From the NCBI GenBank assembly GCA_002104905.1, contig MCFE01000623.1:1-51955 (forward strand): a stretch of 51,955 bases of DNA, given 5' to 3'. The position numbers were made by a program, and so were the translations under genes. Every line of letters begins with the position of its first letter. The first letter of the stretch is position 1. Below, piece by piece: positions 34,585 through 46,006 of this stretch. This stretch comes from Basidiobolus meristosporus CBS 931.73. Lineage: Eukaryota > Fungi > Basidiobolomycota. The notes under the pieces were generated by a model. That model was not told the DNA's origin, searched no databases, and saw only the letters and a list, made by a program, of their open reading frames with translations.

Positions 34585-36482
34585 CTAGATCTCTCTGTAG
34601 ACGTAGGCTCCGGTGCTCGGGCGAGAGGGGAAAATGAAATCATCCAGCTGGGAATCGCTTAGATCTGGAAATCTCTTCCCGTAATATTCAAGCTTGATGT
34701 TGGAAATAAAGCCCTCCACCTGATCCTCACGTACCAAGGATACGGTGCAGCCACCCCATCCGGCACCAGTCAATCGAGAACCAACGGCCCCTTGTTTCCT
34801 ATAAAACATTGATGCGTCAGAATCCCTTTAGCTAGTCTGGGAATTGGTGGGGAGCGTTACCTGCACAGCGCGGTTAGTTCATCTAATTCGGGGCAAGAGC
34901 AATCGAAGTTCTCCTTGCAGGAGGATTGGCTCTCGTTCATCAATTCGCCCAGCGTGTTGAAAGTGCTCTCGCTATCGACAACCGCCGCTTTGAATTGAAC
35001 CTCGCATATATCTCGGAACTTAACTACCCGGAGTGCCTCCGAGTAGACGTGCTTAGCACGCAAATAAAGCTGGAATAACTCAGCACGAACAGGGAACTTG
35101 GTCATGAACTTGGATGTGAGCTCATCGGGGGTGATCCCCAAGGCTGTGGCCGTCTCTTCTTTCGTGTAGCCTCCTCGCTTGCTGAATACCTTCTCCACCA
35201 ACTCAAGCATGGCGGATAAACGATGGATCCATCGTGCTGTTTCGCCAAGGTCCGAGGGCTCGGGGTTGACCTTGAAGTAGGCATCCATCGCCTCTTTGAA
35301 TGTTTGCGGCTTGTATTCGGTGAGACCCAACTCTTTACCCATCAGTTGGGCCCCGATGCGCGTTTCCACCACGCGAAGGTTGTAGCAAATCGGACTTGAG
35401 ACTACCTTATCAGCAACCACTAGCGTATTCGCCACCACGAAAGAAAGAGGCGGTTGGGTTCTAGGGAAACGAATCGGAGTTGTGTTGAAAGTAGGAGAGA
35501 ATTCGATAAAGAGGGCGTTGTTTGAGGTGGACATGATACTGGCAGTCTGGTCCATTCTATCAATGCAGATTCCAGAGAATTAGTTCAGTTTGAAGGCCAG
35601 GTTCGATTCGAAAAGAAATCGAGATTACCCGCCACCATTGGTCCCCACATATCGTTCACTTTCAACAGCAATTTGTACAATCTTTTGCTATTATTCAAAC
35701 ATCAGCCACACTAGCCAGACACGCTTGTCTCAAACCCGCTAACCTTTGGAAGATCGTAGTTGTTCGCTATCATAGTGGCCATAGCAGCGGAGCATACCAG
35801 GGCTGAGGAGCTTGAGAGTCCAGCACCCTAAAATCCCAAAATGTCAGGTGCCAAGCAAACGGGTGCTTTAGAAGTTGGCGGACTTACACCTGGTACAATC
35901 CCATCTACTAAGCAATACATAGAAGCGGGATTCCGAGTCTTAATGGCTTCGTGCATTCCCTGAAAGAAGTTAACTCGTTTGCCGTAGGGACAAATTCGTG
36001 GCAGCAGAAATCAGCAATACCTTGTATCCTGCCTTGAAATAATTGCTCCAATCGTGTAGAGAAGAATCGATATCTACGCAAGTGTCTTGCACATGAGCAA
36101 AGTCACTCGAATGGTATTTAGGAACGATGTTTGCTAACTCTACTCTGGGTGTAGAGGTTTTCTCCGCCGCCACAGCTATTAAACAATCCCGCTCTATCGC
36201 CATGGGAAACACTGGAAACCCCGCATAGTCGATATGCTCCCCGATGATATTGACTCGGCCTGGCGAACGAACCACAAAGTCAGCTCTACGTCCATAGAGC
36301 TCCTGGAAACGGTCGAGAAGAAGTTTAAAGCGCTCACTATGCGACAGGAGTCAACGTTTAAGCACGAGATGATAGGGGCAGGTGGACGAATGCACTGACC
36401 TTTGTGTAGAGATGCTATTTTCGGGATAGATATCCGAGACGGAGTGAGCTATGGGAAGGACGGCTTCAGAATCGATTGTCAT
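34585..36482 (-). CDS. GAL1: Galactokinase (GHMP kinase, GAL1/GALK2-like, multi-exon)
   Basis: [57 protein letters not shown]. Confidence 0.93.
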
Positions 36483-36958
36483 GTTGGATGGCTTGAAGAA
36501 ATGCTACGTGAGAAGAAAGCGCGAACTTTAGTCGAATTTATCTTCAGCAAGAGCAGTCTTGCGTTTTTTTTATTTAAGGTTAAGTTGGTGGAGTATATTG
36601 GTCCATTTCTCTGAATAAGTAACTGCACCATTAGTCTAACGGCCAATTGTTTCCTCTGAAACCTGCTTCACCTACCGATTCAATCACCGGGAAATGTCCT
36701 ACACATTTTGGTAGCATTGAGAAAAAACTGTGCCCAAAGCTGGTCACACGGCATCGATGTGTCACTTACATGTCTCTGGAAATTATGCTTGTATTGCGGG
36801 TGCATTTAATCTATCCAAAGCGGACTAGTCGCTCAGTGATCAGCTATCTTGTTAATTTCCTGCGTAAGTTAGACCAGTTTGCATTGCTGCGAATCAGAAA
36901 ACGAACCGCTGTCGTGTATTCCACAATATCCACACTCTCCTTTACACTGCTGGTGAAA

Positions 36959-38326
36959 ATGGAGTTTCCAGGGCTCGGTTCGCAATGCACCTTCAAAAGC
37001 TGTCAACAGTTAGGTAGCCCTCGAAACGATGTTCTCCAGTTCAATCCTGTTTTTCTAACCCGCTGACCCCAAGATTTCCTGCCGTTCCGTTGCGGACTCT
37101 GCGACAACATTTTCTGGTAAGTTACGCTGGGCATGCCATCGAAACAGAACTGCTTTCGAATAAGAACCGTTTTTGGGATCTTTTACAGTGCCGAGCATCG
37201 ATCTATCTTCAGTCACAGCTGTCCTGAAGCCGAGGATGTAAGCAGTGATGGTGAAGTCAACTTTCACGAGACCCCGGTTACCTAATGTATACTGTTTAGA
37301 CCAAAAGATTTGTTTGTGCCACGTGCGGCTTGGCACTCGAAGTCGAAGGCAGAACTGACACTGACCAGATAGTAAGATAGCTTTGCCCAAATGTCAGTTA
37401 TTGCACATAAGAATTCAAGTCCGCGTACTCTACAGTCTAAGGAGCATCTTGAATCTGGCTGTAAACGCCACGTTCTAGTGTTGCCAAGCATCAAAAAGAA
37501 GTGTCAGCTTGACTCTTGCGGGCAAGCCGAAACAATCGTCTCATTATGTTTATATTGCTCTGGTGTATATTGTCTGAAGTAGTGGGTTGGTCTTGGATCC
37601 CCTATGTGGAAAGATGATTAACCGACCTGTCTCTAGACATCGACATGCAGCTGATCATCAGTGTGTTAGCAGTGAACAAACCGCAATCAAGGCTCAGGAG
37701 AAGCGAAAAACAATCCAGGATCTGATCTCCAAAAACATCAAGAAGCCCACCACCACCAGCTCTGCTCACGTGCCGGCCAAGCCCCGGAAGAAAAGCCCAG
37801 TGGTAGAGCTTATGCGAATGAAAGGAAAAGCCAAGGTTGCTTCATCTCTGTATTCTTCTGGACACTGGCCTGATCTAACCCGACCTGTAGGGAGACAATG
37901 GATTGCCACAGGCTCAAAGGTTCTATCTGAAATGCTTCCTGCCCATTGAGAGCAAGTCTCCTCCCGTAATCATGTTCTTTGACAAGGTATGTAATGATCT
38001 GCATTCCCCAAAGATTTGCTCTAATTTGGAACAGAGCTGGAGTCTTGGTAGAGTGCTAGACAAAGTCACATCTGTGGGAAAGGTGATCAATATGAACAAC
38101 AGAACTCAGGATCCCACTCAGGTACTCACTAACAAGTCCACCGCCAGTCCATAATGCTCACTCCACTCTTGTTCAGAAATTGCACATATTCCTCCAAAGG
38201 AGTGGCGAAAAGCTCCCGATCACGGAGACCTTGGAGCAGTTGGAGGGCCAGATTTTCAATGGGGACACCCTGGTTATCGAAAAGACAGCGGAGGCAACCA
38301 TTGACTCCAATTTATATTTAGATTAA
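36959..38326 (+). CDS. AN1-type zinc finger protein ZFAND1/Cuz1-like (two AN1 fingers plus a ubiquitin-like C-terminus)
   Basis: Spliced MEFPGLGSQCTFKSCQQL|DFLPFRCGLCDNIF|CAEHRSIFSHSC, a second finger (HRHAADHQC), then VELMRMKGKAK and WSLGRVLD. Confidence 0.85.
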
Positions 38327-38452
38327 GTACAGCACATGTGAAGTATAAAATGCGAGCAACATAGCTTTATCTATTACTGCTATTAGTGTTAACTTGATAG
38401 TACATTAGACGGGTACAATGATCCCCGGTGACCCTTACGGCAGGTTGTAACT

Positions 38453-39684
38453 TTAGGCTAGAGCAAGAAGGACGATCACTACTGCGATGACCGCAAAGAT
38501 CAGCAGTAGGCAGCACAATTTATTGCGGGCCTTCTTCTGATAAGTGGCTGCGGAGCCAAGCTCTTCAGCCGCATTACGAACATGCACAGCCATACTTGTC
38601 ACGTTACTCTCGATGTTGTCTGTTTGTAGCCAGATATAGTGAGTGAAAATGGCACGGCTCTGCCATAGCGTCAAGCACTTACCTAACAGTGACTGCTGTT
38701 CGTTAACGATGGTCCCTAGATCTCTAAATATCTCGTTCAACTCGGTTATGCCTTGCTCGATTTCCCTGATCTCAACTTCACGCTCGGCAATAAGATTCTC
38801 GTTAAACTCAATGTCGTTATCCAAGCTTTCGAGCTGAAGCCTACAGTGGAAAAGGACATGTTCAATCAGGACATGTTTCGAGTAGATATCTGCGATTTGT
38901 TGATCTACAACCTTCTCTGGGCATTTTCCAGGAGTGGCTGCTCTTCTGGAACACCATCTGCCTCCTCATCCTCACTAATATCGATAAGTACCATGGATCA
39001 CGTACATCTACCTGCATCAGCCACTTACTATACATCGTCGCGGGCGGAAAGCCGTTTCGCACGATCTACGTATTCCCGGGATTTTTCGGCCGAGAGTCTT
39101 TGAGCCGCTTGAAATTGCTCGAGAACCTTCTGAAAATCCTTCGATAGTTTCTGTTGCTCCAGTTTGCGTTGTCTCTGCAAGTGGGTGAGAAGACGCATCC
39201 CACTGTTAGTGACTACGCTCCTTCCATATACACTGAAACCAAAGGTCTAGACTTACCGCTTCACGAGGCGTGCTGGCCTCGTAATTTCCTAGGTCCTTGA
39301 TGTCATTCCCAACCTCTTTAACTAGGTCTCTGGTAGTTTCGGCCAGATGGTGTCTAAGAGTTCAGAGGAAAGTCAACCGTGGAGTCCAATACACTAAACA
39401 ACAAATGCTTGGCATACAATTCGTCTCGAGAAACAGGGGAATCTTTCAAGGTTCCCATGAAGCTTACTAATCTCTGGATGGAAGTAACATTACTGCTGAT
39501 TTTGTAGGTTTTCTGGGCGATTTTCTGCACCAGATGTTTGTACTCAATTTGGGGATTTCCTTGGTATTGGGTGAAGGATGAGTAAGACCGTTTCGGCGCC
39601 ACATGTTGTTGGTGAATTACCGTCACTCCCACGCAGAATCGAGTTTACTGGCCCAAGCCCTCTTTCCAAATCATTGAAGGACAT
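38453..39684 (-). CDS. Qa-SNARE syntaxin, Pep12/syntaxin-7-like (multi-exon)
   Basis: MSFNDLE start, Habc helices (ISSNVTSIQRLV), SNARE motif (IAEREVEIREIEQGITELNEIFRDLGTIVNEQQSLL|DNIESNV) and a C-terminal TM helix. Confidence 0.9.
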
Positions 39685-40667
39685 TTGTTGATACTAGGAG
39701 GTTAGAGTTAGACAAGGATGTCAGGAGCCATGGAGGGTTGCTCTGAAAGCGAACTGGCAGTCACATGATATCGATCTGAGCATTAATGATAAAGAATATT
39801 AAAGGATATGGATCAACGCTTGGCAACACCGTAAACGGAAGGGGAGTTGGAAGCGTTCGGAGGCTAATTCGGTTATGCGATCAACCAACAAATTCTAGAT
39901 CCGAGCCGGAAGTTGTGCTCATTAAACAGGTTGAGGGCTCAGAAAAGTCAATTTCCTCAATTCACCCAATTCACTCAGATGCATAACAATATAACATGTG
40001 CCAATCATGCGCACTTCCATCACGAGTGATGAAAGTTACAATGTGCTTCATTGCTCGCCGTGTGCCTGTCGCATACATTATTCGCCAGGGGGATTTTTAG
40101 CGTTATCCCACTGATATCTGGTTGGAAATGGAAGCTGATCAGTAATGGCCAATCTCTAGTGCTGCGATGGAGTGGCAATTTCGTCACCTTGTTTGCCGGC
40201 GATTTCTGATCTGAAATGTTCCATATTGAGTGATGTATGAATTGTGTTTTCCATTTGATGCTCATTCTGATCGAAAGATGATGATTTTCTTCCTTCCGAA
40301 ATCATCCCGTTCGCCAGAATCTCGTTGGTTACCTCAATGCACGAAATCATTGGCTTTATTTATATGAGATCATGGAACCAGCCACCGCAGCTTTTTCACT
40401 GGAATTCCCTTTTTGATTTGACTGTATTCTGGATATTTATTTTATCTGGGTTTCCCGTCCGCACTCTTGCAAGTTTCATCCATCATCCTTGTCCACACCA
40501 AGCCGTCCCAAGAGGTCTTTGTCTCTCTAGCTTTGCAGTAGCTAAGAGATTCCCAGTTCCCCCAGGATCTCTTCCTTACCATACAACCTTCATAGATCCT
40601 TTTTTCTTTTATAGAGAAGTAGCCTGTCATTCTTTCCGAGTAGCCCTACAGCTTCATAAACTGTCTA

Positions 40668-41821
40668 ATGGCAGAACAATTGGTCGCCTCTTCGAGCATT
40701 TCTGACTTCACAACATTATCCCACAGTAATAGCATACTTGCAGCTGCAACAACCGCCGCTTCCGTCTCCATGGACAACCCGGACAATTCCATTGCCACTG
40801 CAGTTCTAACCAAACCATCTGCAATCAACCATCTTTACTTCGTCTTCTATACCTTCCTTTACGATGTGCTCTCCAAATTCTCCGTTGTGGTCAAGGTTTA
40901 CAACCGACTGCAACGAGTTTTCGGGGTGACCGCCACTCCGGAAAGTACCCTAGCCCACGGCACTCCTAACGGCTCCAGGGCTCTCAGCACCAACCCGCCC
41001 TGTAAAAAATCCAACAAGTTGCCTAACCCTGCACCGATGCTCCATTCGAAGCCACGTCGCCCCATTCTCTCGTTAGAAGCCAAAGTGTTGGTTTTGGACC
41101 TAGACGAAACCTTGATCCACTCCACCTCACGAGGAACTAGCCACGACGCCGACCACATGATCGAAGTACGCATAGATAATCATGCCTGTCTCTACTACGT
41201 CTTCAAACGACCCCACGTCGAGTATTTCCTCAGCAAAGTACGTATGGCATGCAACCCATGGCTGCGGCAATGGCCCTCACCAGATTGTCCATTAGGTATG
41301 TGAATGGTATAAGGTCGTCGTCTTCACCGCGTCCGTCGCCGAGTATGCAGATCCGGTGATCGATTGGCTGGAGGCCACGGTGATGGCGCGTTATAACATC
41401 AAGAAGAAGATATTCTCCGAAAGATATTTTCGAGAGGTTAGTGCCGATCAAACCACAGGAACGCTCTTGAACAGCGGGTAACTAATGTTCCATCGCAGTC
41501 GTGCATCCACAAGAATGGCGCATACATTAAGGACCTTACCAAGATCGAGGCGGATCTGAACAAGATCGCCCTCGTTGATAACTCGCCTATCACCTATTCC
41601 ATTAATCAAGGTGAGTTCGTTTCGTTGACCCATGGGTGAGGCCCCGGACTAAAGGCTCTCTAGAAAACGCCATCCCGATCAAAGGTTGGATGAACAACAA
41701 CAGCAAGGATGAGGCATTGTTAGAATTACTGCCGTTCCTAGACGCACTGCGCTTTGTCCATAATCTGCGTAACATCCTCTCTCTACGCCTTGGAGGAACC
41801 ACACGAAAGATCCAGCCCTGA
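40668..41821 (+). CDS. NEM1: Nem1/CTDNEP1-like HAD phosphatase (FCP1/SCP family, multi-exon)
   Basis: VLVLDLDETLIHS, YVFKRPHVEYFL, VFTASVAEYADPVIDWL, YIKDL, LVDNSP, DEALLELLPFLDALR. Start codon uncertain. Confidence 0.85.
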
Positions 41822-42218
41822 GCCAACTCGGCTTCCCCACCCCCACTTAGCTGCTCTTTCGTATTTCTGTAATTAATTGTAATTTGTTCCCGATCTTTTG
41901 TGTTTACGCTTCATTGTTTCTTTATTCCATTCTTCAGTGGGAATACAAGGCAAATCCACATTCCACCCACCGTCTGCGATCTTCGAGACCGGCCACCAAT
42001 CCCTCCCCCACACCATTGGTCGGCTGTGACGTAGGTCGGTTTCATCTTCAACTTGTCACCACTTTATTTGTTCCTGGGCCTTCAGAGGGAATCCTCTGGA
42101 GGCCACCAATGACCATGCTCGATGTGATATCGTTGCCGATTCCGCATCCACCATGGGGGTGTCCGGAATCATCAGTGATCCCGATCGACCAATAAATCTG
42201 AACGTGATCTACCAACAA

Positions 42219-42270
42219 ACGTGTGTGTGTGTGTGCATGTGCTTGGGCTTGTGTGTGTTTGTGTGTGTAC
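42219..42270 (+). repeat. Imperfect (TG)n microsatellite
   Basis: GTGTGTGTGTGTGTGCATGTGCTTGGGCTTGTGTGTGTTTGTGTGTGT. Confidence 0.85.
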
Positions 42271-42289
42271 AGGAAAAGCTTTATTTCAA

Positions 42290-43450
42290 TCATTTAGAGG
42301 TGTTCTTTTCTAAGGCCCCATCGTGCCCCCAGTCCCCCTCGGTTTTGACCAGATCGGTGACCTTGGCGCACCCGTGAAGCCAGGTGCTCTCCCCTTCCGG
42401 GTACACTTTCGCCAGTTCCTTCATGGCGCGGACGCTCTTGACGACGTGTCCGTGGATATCCTCGTCGTTGATGGCCGCTTTCGTCACCTCCTCCCATGCC
42501 TTGTTGCGGTCCTTCGGCAGTCGATCGATCGAGTACCCGTTCACCTCGTTCCACTCCGGTTTGGGATGCCCTTCGGCGACGTACATGAAGAGTGCGGTGA
42601 GCCATATCAGGCGTAATGCTCTGACCTGGTCGTTCTTGGCCAGCCTGGGTAGTAGGACCCGGACGGCGTGAAACCCGGTCATCACGTGACAGAGGAAGAA
42701 GTTCAGTCGGTAGCTGGAGGAGTACCCGAGGAAGAGCAGGGTGATCGCCTGGGAAAGCTCATAAACCTTCGCGGCGTAGTCGTCCCCGGGGAAGTTCGCA
42801 TCCCACGCCGCGAAATACTTCTGGGTGTACTCCAGGTGTTTGGCGTCAATGGCCCGGGTGAATTTGGACTCGGCCGCGGGGCCTTTGTCGACATCCTCGT
42901 AGTGGGTATCCTTGCTGACCTCCTCTATGATCTTGACCGGATCTGTGGAGGTCGCGGTGGGTAGCACCTTGTCGATGAGTTCACCGTGGGCATCGTACGC
43001 CAATGTGCCAAATGCAAGCGCCTCCGCAAGAACCAGATCGTTGTTGAACTCTACTGCGTAGCCAAGGTGGATCAAGGGGTGTACCAGATGGCCGCACAAG
43101 CCTGGCAGCAACGAAGGAACGTATCTGTTGAAGGCCCCATCGAACCCAAGCTTCCCCACCTCCTTCTCAAAGAAGTCGACTAGATCACGGTAGGCGTCGT
43201 TTTTCCCCACGAATTCCCTGTAGTTGTCCCGGTTCACTTGGTACTTGGGTTCGGGGAGTTTGTATAGATATCTCGTCTCGAGTTTCCGGTACATCTCTCG
43301 CATACGCTCCGCGGACGCCCCAAGGTCGTACAAACTACCCAGAAGGTGGACGGCATGGTTGTGATAGTCATGCTCCATGAAGAGTCCGTGCTCCCGGTGA
43401 TTCTTCGCAACCAACTCCTCGAACGTATTTTTCTCTTCGCTGGGGCTCAT
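42290..43450 (-). CDS. Questin oxidase-like / AflY-HypA (DUF4243) oxidoreductase
   Basis: HNHAVHLLGSLYDLGAS, HPLIHLGYAVEF, LAEALA, FFLCHVMTGFHA, GHVVKSVRAM. 386 aa, intronless, GC-rich. Confidence 0.85.
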   Translation of the reverse strand: MSPSEEKNTFEELVAKNHREHGLFMEHDYHNHAVHLLGSLYDLGASAERMREMYRKLETRYLYKLPEPKYQVNRDNYREFVGKNDAYRDLVDFFEKEVGKLGFDGAFNRYVPSLLPGLCGHLVHPLIHLGYAVEFNNDLVLAEALAFGTLAYDAHGELIDKVLPTATSTDPVKIIEEVSKDTHYEDVDKGPAAESKFTRAIDAKHLEYTQKYFAAWDANFPGDDYAAKVYELSQAITLLFLGYSSSYRLNFFLCHVMTGFHAVRVLLPRLAKNDQVRALRLIWLTALFMYVAEGHPKPEWNEVNGYSIDRLPKDRNKAWEEVTKAAINDEDIHGHVVKSVRAMKELAKVYPEGESTWLHGCAKVTDLVKTEGDWGHDGALEKNTSK

Positions 43451-43896
43451 GGTATATTTCGGTAGGGGAATGGGTCAAGCCACATGGGTATATATATGCC
43501 TGCTGGCCATCTACGACCGCCAAATCGGGCCCAACACTGCCATCATCCAACACCCAACCCAACCCAACCCATCATCCATTATCCAACAACCATCACCCAT
43601 CACCCACCACTCATCACCATCGCTATTGCGTAACCTCGCCAGCGAAGACGATTTCCATGACATCAAGTGCGGAGTATGCTACATCGATGATTAGCCACGT
43701 TCTTCCCTGAGGAACGTCACCAAACCGCTTTATTCATTAGTTTACAGGTGCATCCCATATCCAGCAAGTGACGAAATAGGTTCCTCTTCCTGCTCCTCTC
43801 GGCGGGTCCAATGCTCTGGGGCTCCAGGGCGCGCAACCCTCCGCGTGATCGCCCAGGTCACATCCCCCTCTCCCTCCCCCTCCCCTCAGCCACCGA

Positions 43897-45146
43897 TCAT
43901 TTCTCCAGGATCAGCACGATGGGCACGTGATCGCTCGCCCCGTAGCATTCGCATCTAGGCGCGGAATGCACCACCTTCGGAACGAGCGCTTCGCTCACCA
44001 CGAAATAATCCAACCGCCAGCCCAGGTTCTTCTTGCGACACTGGAACCTATACGAGAAGTAGGTGTAGGTCGATTGATCAGGGTGGAGGTGACGAAACGT
44101 GTCCACCATAGCCCCGCTGCTCAAACTCAAACATTTAGAGAAGCCGGCCCGTTCCGCGTCGGTGAAGCCGGGGGTCCTACACGAGAAACGGTTGGTTGGA
44201 ACGGGTCCTTCTAGGGTGGTGAGGGAAGGTGGGAGGGGCAGGGGCAGGGGCAGGGGCAGGGGTTTGGAATCTTATCGGAACTAGACCTACTTGTTACGGT
44301 TTTGTGCCGGCCTGGCCAGATCGATCTCCTCGTGGGCCACGTTCAGATCGCCCGCCCAGATCACCGGTTTCTTGGCATTCAGCTTGTCCAACATCTCCGA
44401 CATCTTGACGTCCCACTCCTCCCGGAACTTGAGCCGGACCAGCTTCTCACCAGCGTTCGGGATGTAGCAGGCGACAAGGAAGTACGCCTCGAACTCCAGG
44501 GTGATCACCCGGCCCTCGTCGTCCAGGTCGGAGTCGTCCAGCCCATAGGTTACCTGGAGTGGCTCGATTCTCGACAGGATGGCCGTCCCGGCTAATGAAT
44601 CCAAGGGAACGTAAGTACGTAAGGTCCAGGGCGAGGGGTGTGGAATGGGAACCTACCGTAGCCTTTCTTGCCGGACTGGCAGCAAGGCCAGTACTGATAC
44701 TTGTACTCCTTCTTCAGTACATCCTTGGGGGCTTGGTTCAGCTTGGTTTCTTGCAGGCACAGGATATCCGGGTTCTCCGCCTTGACGTACTCCAGGAAGC
44801 CTTTCTTCATCGCGGCGTTGAGCGAGTTCACATTCCAAGAGACCAGCTTTATCTGGTTCTCCGGGAGCTCCTCATACGAGTAGGTTCCGGGCATGGTGGT
44901 GTTGGTGCAAGGGGTCAGCGATAGGGAGGGGGCCTCGGTGGGCTTCTTCCGTTTGGGGGAGGCGGGTTTCTCCTCCGGGGTGGGGCTGGTGGTTTCCGGT
45001 TCGGTCGATCTCTTGCGTTTCTCGGTGGTCACGCTGGTGAGCTTGGGGACTTTCTCCTCTTGAGTGGGTTCCGGTGCAGCTTTGGTGGTGCTCGAGGTAC
45101 GTTTGAACATATCTTTGATATCCAGTTGTTTGGTGGTTGCCCCCAT
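43897..45146 (-). CDS. ExoIII-family AP endonuclease, APE1-like (3 exons)
   Basis: SWNVN, LCLQETK, KKGY|AGTAIL, EGRVIT, YIPNAG, GDLNVAH, K|TPGFT, GWRLDYF, SDHVP, with a Lys-rich N-terminal extension. First in-frame ATG at 45146. Confidence 0.93.
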
Positions 45147-46006
45147 GGTAGTGATGGTGGTGATGGGCAAATTGGGTCAACACTGGTCCAGGATATCTGC
45201 GCCTGGATGGGATGAAGGGATGAGGGATGATTTGTAAACATTCATTGTTGTGTATTACCATCCAATTTCTCATTGGGTTTCCCGAATCTGGATGGGATTG
45301 GCAAATGCTTGGGATGGTTGATTTTATGCAATATCAACATTATTATCATCTCCCAATGGGACATGAATCATCTTTTCCCATTCCATACGGCCTGGATGAG
45401 CTGAAATGGCCGGCGCCTAATCTGCTGTACGCACGATACAAAAGTGTCCCATCTGCCAGTTTCTGGCTACCATCATTCTTCAGAATGGTCGGGTGGGCTT
45501 GGATACTTTTGCCAAAGGCCCATGGAGTGCACACAGCCATTGGATTAGAGGCTAATGATTTATCTATGGACAACAGCAATGCTGAGAATCATCAAACTCC
45601 TAAAACCATCAAATGGCTCAAGTTGGTTCAAATTTCCTGTGATATGATACATTGTGGCCTCAGTCCCCTTAGAGCATATATACAGTCATTCCTACTAAGT
45701 TCCATCAGAAGTAGCAGTACTTCACTTCAACCCATTTGAGCAATCAGTGCACATTACTACATCATGTAGTTCAAATCAATCTGCAGCAGCCTAATTTTCT
45801 AGGAAGTGTTGTTAAAGGTTGAGGTTATTTAGTTGAGTTCAAATATTTGGTAGTCCCTGGAACTGGGTCTATCTATTTCAATGGTTTCCAGGACTTCACA
45901 CACTTTGGAATAGTAGCTATCCCTATGAAAAAAATTGTGATGATCCCATCAAAAGACTGTCACAAAATTGAAGTCCCATGATTAAGAGGTATTGATGTTG
46001 CATTTA

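Noticed and set aside
35598-35612. GGTTCGATTC T-loop-like motif suggesting a tRNA
   Set aside because: It lies within the galactokinase gene, with no cloverleaf or A-box around it.
13230-39684. Rab7, Sly1 and Pep12-like syntaxin as a trafficking gene cluster
   Set aside because: They are 6-16 kb apart with unrelated genes between, and they act at different trafficking steps; likely chance.
42294-45273. Many overlapping and antisense ORFs in the GC-rich block
   Set aside because: Shadow ORFs expected from high GC and codon bias of the two real minus-strand genes.
45227-45739. 170-aa ORF at the border of the right transposon block
   Set aside because: Non-ATG start, no recognisable domain and partly CpG-depleted; probably decayed repeat sequence that I cannot classify.
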